Assembly: GCA_020184695.1 (NCBI GenBank) | Contig: JAANOX010000219.1 | Coordinates: 1 to 35,034, forward strand | DNA length: 35,034 nt | Origin: Histomonas meleagridis 2922-C6/04-290x | Lineage: Eukaryota > Protista > Parabasalia | Reading direction: 5' to 3' | Part shown: one piece after another, positions 18,343 to 28,413 of the stretch | Numbering within the stretch: position 1 is the first letter of the stretch | Layout: each line of letters begins with the position of its first letter | Program-made: the position numbers and the translations under genes | The notes under the pieces: model-generated | What the model was told of the DNA's origin: nothing | Seen by the model: only the letters and a program-made list of their open reading frames with translations | The model's database searches: none

Positions 18343-19825
18343 CCCTTGTCTCGCCCAAATTCGTAATTTTTTATATCAGAAAAATTGATAGCATTGAGAT
18401 ATTATAGAAAATTGAATTGTGTTATAATTTTTGGCGCCAGTATTGGCGGGACCGATGGTAGCGAAAAATTCACTGAAACTGCTCATGATTATATCAAATT
18501 CATGTGAGAACCGTTGTTGATGCATAATCAGTTCATTATCCTCATGTTGACCTATCATTACGCTACTCCTGGACCACCGGGGGATCAGTGGCAGGGCTGA
18601 GAATGGATCGCCGGCACATTCACGCTACAGCTGTATTGCTACGTCAGGTAGGTCAACAATAACAAATTTGTATACAGTAAAACATCAGTTAACATCTCAG
18701 ATAAGGATCTCAGCATTGCATCTCAACGAAACATCTCAACAAAACATCAGTGAACATCTCAAATGAACAAAAAAATAATAAATATTGAAAATGTTTTTTA
18801 GCTTTTGTTATTGATAAATTTTTCTATTTCTTCACAATATGTGAATTTTTCTTAATATAAAAAGAGCATTTTGGTGATAATGATACGATTCACCTGGTTT
18901 TGGCAAAAAATCTCAACATTTCACTTCACTTTATCCCTCCAGGAATGACCAATGAATTTCAGCCACTCGATAGGAAGATCTTCGGCATTGTGAAGGCACA
19001 TGCCAAAAAATTTTATCGGAAACGCGTAAAAAACGGGCTTGGCAACATCACAAAAAGTGGAGCGTGCCAAGATATGATTCAAGCCTGGGATCTTATAAAG
19101 GAATCTTCGGTTTTGGATTCATGGAATATCTATGATGCATGGCATATTGAATAAAAATCATCTTAAGTTGATTTTTTAATTTTTTCGAAATTATCGATAA
19201 TTGTCAAAAAAAACAAAATTTATAATAACTTTATATTTATATGGTATTTGATATTTCAATAACGACGAAGGGGTATGCGTTTCAAAACATTAATTATGTG
19301 GCTTAAAATAATTTCGATGCATCGATCAAATATTTTTTCCATTCGAAATTTTAAATAATACATATTGAATTACTTATGATGTAGTTTCTATTTTCCATAA
19401 TAAATTATATAAATATCAATTCTTTGCATGAAATTTTTAATAAAACTTGAGCGTTAACTTCAAAAGTGATTAAATTTTGAATGCAAAAAAAAAGTTTTTA
19501 AATTAATGATACATTTGAGTTCAGCTCCAGAAATAAAATAAAATGTTGGAAGGATAAATATTTTATATGATTTTAATGTATAAAATATCGAATATGTGCA
19601 AAATTAAATATCGTCATTTTTCAAAGATATTAATATAATCATGAAGTGTGTACAAAATTAATAATTTTTTATATTTAGAATTGATTTAAAATATCAATTA
19701 CATATTGCATTAAACGAATTTTTAGTGTCATTATATGACATTCAATTGCATTCAATATTTCTGTATTTTGTACGTTAGACCCTCACCACCTTTCAAAAAA
19801 ATTACGAATTTGGGCGAGACAAGGG
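18343..19825 (+). mobile_element. Non-autonomous pogo/Tigger-like (Tc1/mariner superfamily) DNA transposon, 1,483 bp
   Basis: Perfect 30-bp TIRs CCCTTGTCTCGCCCAAATTCGTAATTTTTT at 18343-18372 and 19796-19825, TA on both sides (18341-18342, 19826-19827), and an internal DDE_1 fragment. Confidence 0.9.
18861..19154 (+). pseudogene. C-terminal fragment of a DDE_1 (pogo/CENP-B-like) transposase
   Basis: KEHFGDNDTIHLVL|AKNLNISLHFIPPGMTNEFQPLDRKIFGIVK carries the IPPG-T...QPLD signature. The segment that normally follows IHLxL (second catalytic Asp, D-x-x-x-x-H) is missing, indicating an internal deletion. Confidence 0.8.
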
Positions 19826-19931
19826 TATATGAAAATCATACAATGAAATATGATATAAAATATTCGATTTATCAAATTTAATGCATTAATAATAATATAT
19901 GAAAACAAAATGAATTTAGGAAATGTTTATT

Positions 19932-22391
19932 TCAATATTTAAATATTTCCTCTTTTATCCTTGTGAATCTTTTTAATTTTATTATGTCGTCACATTTATG
20001 ATGTTGAATTTTGTCTGCAAATAATCGAATAATTTCTGCATTTTTCTTTTCTGATGCTATCATAAGCGCTGTTTTATATGTTTATAAGTAATTCCAAATG
20101 TTTATATGAAATTTTATATTTTTTTAAAATATTTTAAATAAAACAAAAAAATATCTTTAGCATTGATATCAATATTCTCTTGTTCAAGAAGTAATTTAAC
20201 GATTTCTGTATAACCATATTTAGATGCATTCATAAGTACTGTCATATAAAATTTAAATAATTTCCAAATATTATTTTGAAATTCTAAATTATTAAAATAA
20301 ATATTAAATAAAACAAATAAATATCTTTAGTATTAATATCAATTCCCTCTTGTTCAAGAAGTAATTTAACTGTTTCTGTATGACCATTTCTAGATGCAAA
20401 TATAAGTGCTGTATCAAATAATTCAAATAATTTCCAAATATTATTTTGAAATATAAAATTATTAAAATAAATATTAAATAAAACAAATAAATATTTTTAG
20501 CATTAATATCAATTCCTTTTTGCTCAAGAAGTAATTTAACTATTTCTGTATAACCTTTTGAAGATGCAAATATAAGTGCTGTCCAAAATATTTTGAATAA
20601 TTTCCAAATATTATTTTGAAATATAAAATTATTATAATAAATTATAAATAAAACAAATAAATATCGTTAGCATTAATATCAATTCCTTCTTGATCAAGAA
20701 GTAATTTAACTATTTCTATATGACCATTTGAAGATGCAGATATAAGTGCTGTCCAAAATATTTTGAATAATTTCCAAATATTATGTTGAAATTTAAAATT
20801 ATTAAAATAAATTTCATTTTTAGCATTAATATCAATTCCTTCTTTTTCAAGAAGTAATTTAACTATTTCTGTATAACCATTTTTTGAAGCATTTGTTAGT
20901 GCTAAAAAAATATTTAAAAAAATTTAAAAATTTTTATGAAACGATAAAATATTTTAATAAAAATCTAATAAAATAAGCAAACAAACTTTCTAAAAGCAAT
21001 GTATCTATTTTTAAGTAAACAGTCATAAATTTCCACATTTTCAAAAAAACAAAAAATTTTCAAAAAATCAATAGGAATATGATTGCTTTCGAGAAAATAT
21101 TGAGTAATATATAAATTCCCTGTTATGATTGAAGCAATGAGAATATTTTCATTTATTTTCATTCCTTCTTTAAGTAAAAATGATAAAAGTTCATAATTAT
21201 CATGTAAAACACATTTTGCTCCTAATTCTTCTAAATTCTTAATTTCTTTTAACTTATTATCATAAAAATATTTAAAGATATCATTTCGATAAAATTCTAT
21301 CGCTGCTTCATATGCATCTTCAAATGTTGAATGATTTTGTTCACATAAATGAATTATTTCTTCATTTCCACCTGCAACTGCATATTTACCTGTATTATCT
21401 AATTTTGCTCCATTCATAAGTAAATATTTAAAACATTTAATTGAAAAAAAAAATGCTGCATAATCAATTAATGTAACATTTTTATGATTAATAAATGAAT
21501 ATCTTTCATAAAGTGATGGCTCAATTGTTTGATTCAAATCGAAGTTTGCTTGTGATGATATTTCTTGAAGTTTTTCTATTTCATCATTCCGAATTATTTT
21601 CGCAATTTCATTCTGTTTATTCCTTCTTTAACATATTTCTGATGAAGTTCCCAATTATTCGCTTTAAGTTTTTCAAGGTTTTTGGAGAAATATTCAGAAA
21701 ATTGATAACAATAATTTAAAACGAAATGTGCTTTAAAATGTGAAAAAAATAAATTTTTCATATTTATAGTAATCGATGAGTTAATTAAACCTTTTTCTAT
21801 CAACTTTTCGATAAGATAATTGGATTCTTGTGAGTTATTTTTCCGAAGGAATTGAGAAAAGATGTCAATTATTTTAACTTGATTTTTATTTACATCTCGT
21901 TCAATTATATTCAAAAACTCAATAATTATATCTATATTTTTCAGTCTTGTTATAAACAAAGTGTAAATGAAACGGCAGATGATCAAGTTGAATGAATACG
22001 TTCGTGAATTATCATAAAATTTGCGTAATGAAGAAACAGATGTATCAAGATTGTTTGTATTTATGTTATAAATTATTTCTGTAAGTGCAATTAAGTCTGG
22101 AAAAGAATTTATCTTTGATGTGCTCATTCCAATGCTGTTAAATGACGCTGGAAAAATTTTCATGGACATGTGATATGAATTTTTATATAAAAAATTAATA
22201 AATAAAAACATAGAATGAACTTCATGATGTAATCCATTCACATCTTTAATTTTATTTGGAATACTCAAATTTTCATTATTCATTAAAACTTTATTATCTT
22301 TCTGCCATCCCAAAGGCAGCTCATCATTTATCTCATATACTTGAAGTTTTTCATTAAAAAATATTTCATTATTCAACCAAAACGCATCCAT
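19932..22391 (-). CDS. DUF3447-domain ankyrin repeat gene, interrupted by one frameshift (~21615) and by spacers between the ankyrin modules; functional status unknown
   Basis: ORF 21594-22400 joins ORF 20965-21537 through a 1-nt shift at EGIN|NEIAKIIRNDEIEKLQ. The DUF3447-like region reads LIDYAAFFFSIKCFKYLL...AVAGGNEEIIHLCEQ...AIEFYRNDIF. Six ankyrin modules follow; the last module's frame stops at TGA 19932-19934. Confidence 0.75.
20020..20904 (-). repeat. 170-nt-period array: 93-nt ankyrin module plus 77-nt conserved spacer
   Basis: Spacers at 20076-20152, 20246-20322, 20416-20492 and 20586-20662 are all 77 nt; 20756-20815 is 60 nt. Modules read xTALxxASxxGxxEIVKLLLEQEGIDINAKD. Confidence 0.95.
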
Positions 22392-23528
22392 CTTGCCCAA
22401 ATCTTTTTATGAAAATCTTCTTAATCTTCTCTTATCCCTTTCCGAAGGAAGCAAAACCTAATTCAAAAAGTTGAAAATCCAATTTTTTTCAAATAAAAAT
22501 GACGGTTGAAAACCGCTACAAATGATCAAGGAAGACAAGAAATGGAAGAAAATTATATATCAATATTGATTTATTCTAGAATATGTAAAATTGATCATTA
22601 TGAACTACGAATATTTTCTGTTGCAGATTATAATATATTTGAAATCTGAATTAAAGACATGAATCAAAAATTACACATAATTTGAAATGAATAGCATAAA
22701 ATAAGATTTTAATTATGGGTTTTTTGCTATCGGCAAAAAACATATCCTAGGTCAAAAAAGAATCATAGTAAATTTACTATTCATGAATTAAATCGATAAC
22801 GTTATCGGAACAAAAATCATTCACTCAGTTGAAAAGAAAAAAGGCAATAAAAGGAGGGTTTTGTCTTATAACATAAGTATCGGGAAAAGATTAATACACA
22901 GGATGACTAATAATTTTTCAATTGATTATAAATTATCATACGAAGGGGGAAAAAGTACCGTTGAAAAAATTCAATAATAAAAAAACTGTTACTATATTTA
23001 AAAAAGTTATTGTGAGAAAGTACCAATATATGGCCGAATATGCATTCACATATCGAAAATAACTTATATACGACAATTACATGAATATATTTGAAATTTT
23101 TTGAGTTTATTAATATTTTCGATAGATTTGAAAAGAATTTAATATCAAGATTATATATAATCAAATAAAATAATTAATATTTCATTGTTTCCCAAATAAT
23201 TTCTGAAATTTTAATTTCTTAATATATCAAGATATAATTCTTATTTTTTTATTAATCATAGATGTAAATATGTATATATATTATATATCCATAATATCAA
23301 GATCGTAGGATGATCGCTATATACGATGGGTGAAAATCGCAAGTCGAGTTTAATATATAGTATTAAAAAGTATTTTATTCATAATTTTCGATGAGACATC
23401 GATGTCAAATTGTACATTTTGGAAAATGAAATAACATCACCATGGGGTACGAAAAGATTAAAGTTAAATGAGCTAATGTAACAAAAAGTAACTTTAGTTT
23501 TTTTATTTAATTTTTTAATGATATTTTT

Positions 23529-23882
23529 TTATTTGTTTGCAGCAATTTTTTCTTTGATTTGTGGAATTGCGGCACCAATTACATTTGTAACTTCTATTGG
23601 TTTGCCATCTTCATTTTTGCCTTTGAAAAATTTTGTATTAGGAACAGATGTGATATCATAAGCAGCTGCAATTTCAGGCGCCTCGTTGACTTCTACATTC
23701 ATAAAGTGTACTGTTGGGTTGTCGCGTGCAAGGCTTGGTAAAATTTGACGAACACGACGGCATGGCATGCAGGTCGTTGAACCAAATTTAACAACAACAA
23801 GGCCATCATGGCTAGTAATTTCTTTGTTTAATTCTTCAAGAGAACCTGAGAAATCTTGGAGATTTGATGGATTGCTCATCAA
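23529..23882 (-). CDS. Thioredoxin-family protein with a CMPC active site
   Basis: VVVKFGSTTCMPCRRV...FMNVEVNEAPEIAAAYDITSVPNTKFFKG...VIGA gives the Trx fold with CxxC and the cis-Pro (SVP). Confidence 0.88.
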   Translation of the reverse strand: MMSNPSNLQDFSGSLEELNKEITSHDGLVVVKFGSTTCMPCRRVRQILPSLARDNPTVHFMNVEVNEAPEIAAAYDITSVPNTKFFKGKNEDGKPIEVTNVIGAAIPQIKEKIAANK

Positions 23883-24214
23883 AAAAATGAAATTTTTAAC
23901 GTATATTGAATTTTCAGAAATTATTTTATTTACTCAGGCCAACTATCGAAACCTCATAAATTTTGAGTAAAACGATAACGCTAAAATCGGTCACTTGAGC
24001 GCGTGTGTCCAAATTAGCTGAAAAAGTTGACATTTGAATTAATGCTACTAATCGGCCAATTAAATGTTCAATATTCAATAATTTACATTAAACAAAGATA
24101 AGAAACTAAAATATTTATGATACAAAACTTACACTTATCCAAGTAAAATAAATAAATTTTGATGTTATATTTATTATTGAATTTTATATCTAATTTAAAT
24201 TTCTTCTGAACAAC

Positions 24215-24370
24215 CCTCAACATCCTACACATCGCCGGTTCGATATTGTGAGAAATTTGATCGTATTTTAAGTTCCAGTGAATAAGGTGGCACTTTCCAT
24301 AAACCAGGGAAACATAGATTGAAATTTGCACGATTTTTTTGGTGTTCAGTTTCTTGAATCGTTGTAAAAA
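24215..24370 (-). pseudogene. Possible Tc1/IS630-like transposase remnant
   Basis: One minus-strand frame reads ...EHQKNRANFNLCFPGLWKVPPYSLELK, resembling the LPPYSPELN motif of DDE_3 transposases; otherwise degenerate. Confidence 0.3.
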
Positions 24371-24649
24371 TGAAGAATACAAATCGAAGCAGTTTTCTAG
24401 AATTTGCTGAAATGCTTTAATATCTCAAATGTTATATTTGGATTTGTCTTTTTACTTAACTTAAGCAAGCCTTAGAATCTTAGATTTGGTCAAACCCATT
24501 TTTGTTGAGGACACCAATTAATATTGGTTGAAATTTTTCCATTTTTACGTAACCCTATTATTTGTGTTTTAATGTGTCTTTAAAGTTATAGCTGACTAAT
24601 GAAATGCAATTGTCACTTTTTCATTTTTATTCAATTCTGTCAAAAATCA

Positions 24650-27103
24650 ATGGGGCAAAACGAATCACTCCCCATTCTGACAGAAAATCTTTTAAGCATT
24701 AGTATACCAAATGGAAATTTAACTGAAATACCCTATTTTATTCCACCAGAAAATTCAATAAATTCTATTGATGTACCATATAATCAAATCAAAAAATTTC
24801 CGTTATCTCTTCCCAATCTAAAAGTATTAGACATATCAAATAACAACCTATCACAAGTTGATTTTGATGATGTTCAATTTTCTTTTGATTCTCTTGAAAT
24901 ACTTAACTTATCTAATAATGGATTTTCAAAAATTCCGCAACAACTTAAAGAAATGAAATCAATCAAAAATCTTAATCTTGAACATAACGAATTAACAGAA
25001 GAAACTTCGGATTTTTCATCATTATCCAAACTTCAAATATTAAATTTGTTTTTAAATCGTTTTACAAATTTCCCAAATTTTCCAGACTCTCTTGAGGTTC
25101 TTAACATAGGTTTTAATTCAATTCGATCAATATCTTTTTTCTTACCAAAGATAAGTGAATTAAGGTTATCTGGTAATGAGATCACAGAAGTTTCTGAAGA
25201 CTGTTTTTTCCCATCCCTTAAGCTCCTTGATCTCTCTCTTAATCGTCTTGTCGAGTTTCCCAATCTTATGAAGATATCTCCAAATATCGAAGAATTTTAT
25301 TGTTCATATAATTTTCTTGAAACAACACCAACAGAAATTCCTTTATCCATAGTTACTTTAGATTTATCACACAACATATTAACTGAGTTATCAATTGATT
25401 TCACAAATCATCAAAATCTTCTAAAACTTGATATCTCAAACAACAGAATTCAAACAGTCCCGCAACTTCCAGCTAACATTGAAAGCTTCAGTGCCCAGTT
25501 TAACGCGATTAGTTCCATTACCACTCCGACTTTCACAAAACCCATAATTCTGAACTTTACATCGAATGAATTCACTTCTATTCCCAACTTAAAGCAATGT
25601 CAGTCACATTTTCTCTTTATGAAAGATAACAAGATTAACAAAATTGATATTGAAAACATCAGCTTAAGTACTCAACAATTAGTGTTAACAAATAATCGTA
25701 TCAATGAAATTCCTGAAACAATTTCATTACTTAATAGTTTAAAAGTATTAAATCTTACGCTAAATCGTATTACGTCATTACCAAGTTCTATATCATCATT
25801 AAAACTAAACACATTAATAATCTGCGAAAATAATATTTCAGATTTACCTGAATTACCAACAACACTAACGACGTTAATAGCCTTTAAATGTAATTTTGGT
25901 GAAATTCCAGAATCTGTTTACAAAGTTCCACGTCTGAATTTTATTGACTTTTCTTGTAACCACATTTCAACATTGGCAACATTACCAAAAGTGACACAAA
26001 TTTCATTATCTTCGAATGATCTTAAGGAAATACCATCTATTCCCGATAGTATCTCTATTCTCAACTTATCATTTAATCGAATAAAAAAATTTATATTAAC
26101 GAATGGCAAATATTTACAAGAATTAGACTTATCGCATAACCAATTAAAGAAATTCAAAACTACAAAATTAACGTTTTTGAGCACGTTAAATTTATCACAT
26201 AATCCATTGAAATCGAAATTGCATTTCAGTAATTTTCCGGTTTTGACAACGATAGACATCACCAAAACGAACATTTCAAGTCCGAAGCATCCTATCCCAT
26301 TGAATATCATTGAATTCATCACATCGAATCCTCAAATTGTCAAACAAAACCCACAAAATAAGTCGATAAGTTTATACAGCTGTGAGAATGTCGGCTACTC
26401 CGAAATGAAAGGATTTCGTCCCACGATGGAAGACACCATTGTCGTAAGGCGTAACATCCTTCCTGGGATTGATATCTTTTCTGTTATTGATGGGCATGGC
26501 GGCCAAGAGTCTGCGCATCTTGCGTCATATTACATTCCGTTGTTATTTCTTTCATTGACCAACAAGTCAATCAGCGGATTCTCGTCGATGGTTAAAGACT
26601 TGGACATCATATTACATCAGAACGATGTTAAAGATGGCGCCGTATTAGTGTTTACATTAATAAGTCAAAATGAAATCGGATGTGCGCATCTCGGCGACGC
26701 GCGTGCGATTGTTGTCCGGAAAGACGGAAACATAATCCCTTTGACTATCGACCATAAAGCGACGGAAAGAACTGAAATCGATTTGGTGAAAGAAAATCGA
26801 TCGTACATCGAAAGCAAAAGGACTGCCGGAATATTGGCTATCTCGAGAGCAATCGGAGACTTCCGTGTGCCCGGCGTAACAAGGACACCGGACATGACAA
26901 GCTACAACAGACAGAAGAACGACTTCAGACTCGTGCTGGGATGCGACGGACTGTTCGATGTGGTCAGCAACGAGGAAATAGGAATCATCGTAAGGGATAA
27001 CGCGGATGTGGATTTCGCGGCGTTCTTGCTGAGAAATACGGCATTCGCAAGAGGGAGCATGGATAACATTAGCGTGATCGTGGTAGATATAGAAAAAAAT
27101 TAA
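24650..27103 (+). CDS. LRR-containing PP2C protein phosphatase (PHLPP/Cyr1-like architecture)
   Basis: More than 20 LRRs followed by PP2C motifs GFRPTMED, IDGHGG, HLGDARA, LAISRAIGD, LGCDGLFD and RGSMDNIS. ATG 24650 (MGQNES) lies just downstream of TCATTTTT Inr-like elements. Confidence 0.92.
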   Translation: MGQNESLPILTENLLSISIPNGNLTEIPYFIPPENSINSIDVPYNQIKKFPLSLPNLKVLDISNNNLSQVDFDDVQFSFDSLEILNLSNNGFSKIPQQLKEMKSIKNLNLEHNELTEETSDFSSLSKLQILNLFLNRFTNFPNFPDSLEVLNIGFNSIRSISFFLPKISELRLSGNEITEVSEDCFFPSLKLLDLSLNRLVEFPNLMKISPNIEEFYCSYNFLETTPTEIPLSIVTLDLSHNILTELSIDFTNHQNLLKLDISNNRIQTVPQLPANIESFSAQFNAISSITTPTFTKPIILNFTSNEFTSIPNLKQCQSHFLFMKDNKINKIDIENISLSTQQLVLTNNRINEIPETISLLNSLKVLNLTLNRITSLPSSISSLKLNTLIICENNISDLPELPTTLTTLIAFKCNFGEIPESVYKVPRLNFIDFSCNHISTLATLPKVTQISLSSNDLKEIPSIPDSISILNLSFNRIKKFILTNGKYLQELDLSHNQLKKFKTTKLTFLSTLNLSHNPLKSKLHFSNFPVLTTIDITKTNISSPKHPIPLNIIEFITSNPQIVKQNPQNKSISLYSCENVGYSEMKGFRPTMEDTIVVRRNILPGIDIFSVIDGHGGQESAHLASYYIPLLFLSLTNKSISGFSSMVKDLDIILHQNDVKDGAVLVFTLISQNEIGCAHLGDARAIVVRKDGNIIPLTIDHKATERTEIDLVKENRSYIESKRTAGILAISRAIGDFRVPGVTRTPDMTSYNRQKNDFRLVLGCDGLFDVVSNEEIGIIVRDNADVDFAAFLLRNTAFARGSMDNISVIVVDIEKN

Positions 27104-27629
27104 TGTTTGATGATAAATTTTAAGAAATAAAATTTTAAATATGTATTAAATTAGATTTTTGGTCGTAAATTCATATGTTTGTTCAGATAAATGGAAACTT
27201 ATGTCATTTTTGATATGGATCAGATTCCAAATTTACATACGTGTGTACTGATGATGAAATATCAAGCAAATTTTTTATTTATGGTTACAATGCAAAGACG
27301 GTGATGGCGTTTTCGTAGGGCATTGTTTATATTTATAGGTTAATGGATATTCCAATATATCGCCAAATGTTACAAAATCAAACATCAACATAATATTTAC
27401 AGCAATTAATGAAAGTGATATGTTGTTCTATATAATTGATTTAACACATTGTTTAAATCAAAAAAGTGAACTAATTTTATACAAATTTTTAATTTAAAAT
27501 AGATTTAGTTAACATATTATAAAAAATATTATTATTAAGCTGAAGGAAGGAATGTGTCTTTGTGATAATTTCATCGCCGGGGCACCCCAAAATCAGAGAG
27601 CGCTGCCAATGTCTAAAAATTCTGAGAAG

Positions 27630-28413
27630 TATTAAAAAAGTATCGAAATAGGTGGATCCCCCATATGCTATCGGAAGACGATAAGGAAAAAAGGGTTGAG
27701 TATTTCAAAGAAATTCTAAAAAAATTAATCAAAGCTAGAAAAAACTTTTTTAATACAATTATGACTGGTGACGAGTCGTGGTTCTTTTATGAATATGAAC
27801 ATAAAGAAATGTATGCAGAATCACGTGATATGGTACCACCGATAGTCTTCAAGAAAATTCAATCCAAAAAAACAATGTTCACAATTTTCTTTAATGGGAC
27901 GAAAATACTTTGCATTGATGCATTACCTTCTGATTACAAATTTAATCAGCGATATTTTATTGATTATATAATACCACAATTTCACGAAAATGTTGATTAT
28001 GACAAGAAACAACCACCTTTTAAAATTTAAAGATTCATATGGATAACTCCCCTATACATAATGGATAACTTGTTGCTCAAAAATTAAAAGAAGAAAAAAT
28101 TAATAGAATTCCTCATTAATATTATTCACCAGATCTAAGTCCATGTGATTTTTGGTTCTTTGGAATGGCAAAGGAAAACCTAAAGGGTGTGGAGATAAAT
28201 TCAGAAGAAGATTTAGAAAATGAAATTATACGCATATTCGACGGTGTCACTTTTGAAGAGCTTCAAATGGTGTTTGAAGCATGGATAAAAAGACTTGAAT
28301 GGGTGATTAAGAATCATGGGGAGTACTACCATAAATAAAAGTTAATTAAAAAAAATATATATTATTTATTCATCGAAAAAAGGGAATGGGGTCAAAACTT
28401 TTTGGACCCCTCA
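27630..28413 (+). mobile_element. 5'-truncated, inactivated mariner (DD34D) element
   Basis: RWIPHML, TGDESWF, (frameshift ~28025) IHMDNSPIH, YSPDLSPCDFWFF and GEYY-stop at 28336-28338, with two in-frame TAA stops. The right end reads TA|TGAGGGGTCCAAAAAGTTTTGACCCC on the minus strand (TIR-like); no matching left TIR was found. Confidence 0.92.

Noticed and set aside
18540-18690. U1 (ACCTACCTG on minus), U4 (CAGTGGCAG...TATTGCTA) or spliced-leader RNA (CAG|GTAGGT...AAATTTG) identity for the structured segment
   Set aside because: Only isolated short matches; no U1-70K/U1A loops, no K-turn GA pairs, and no convincing Sm site. Left as an unidentified structure.
20070-20830. On the plus strand each spacer is bounded by GT...TAG, resembling tandem introns
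   Set aside because: The GT and AG are just the reverse complements of the Thr (ACA) and Ala/Thr (GCT/ACT) codons of the minus-strand ankyrin modules; the plus-strand 'exons' are antisense ankyrin with stops.
20020-20904. CRISPR-like repeat-spacer array
   Set aside because: Both alternating parts are conserved, the variable part is ankyrin coding sequence, the unit is 170 nt, the genome is eukaryotic, and there are no cas genes.
22730-23170. Possible ISXO2/Merlin transposase relic or ORF 22907-23164
   Set aside because: Only vague similarity (MAEYAFTYR); no catalytic motifs; low-complexity AT-rich translation.
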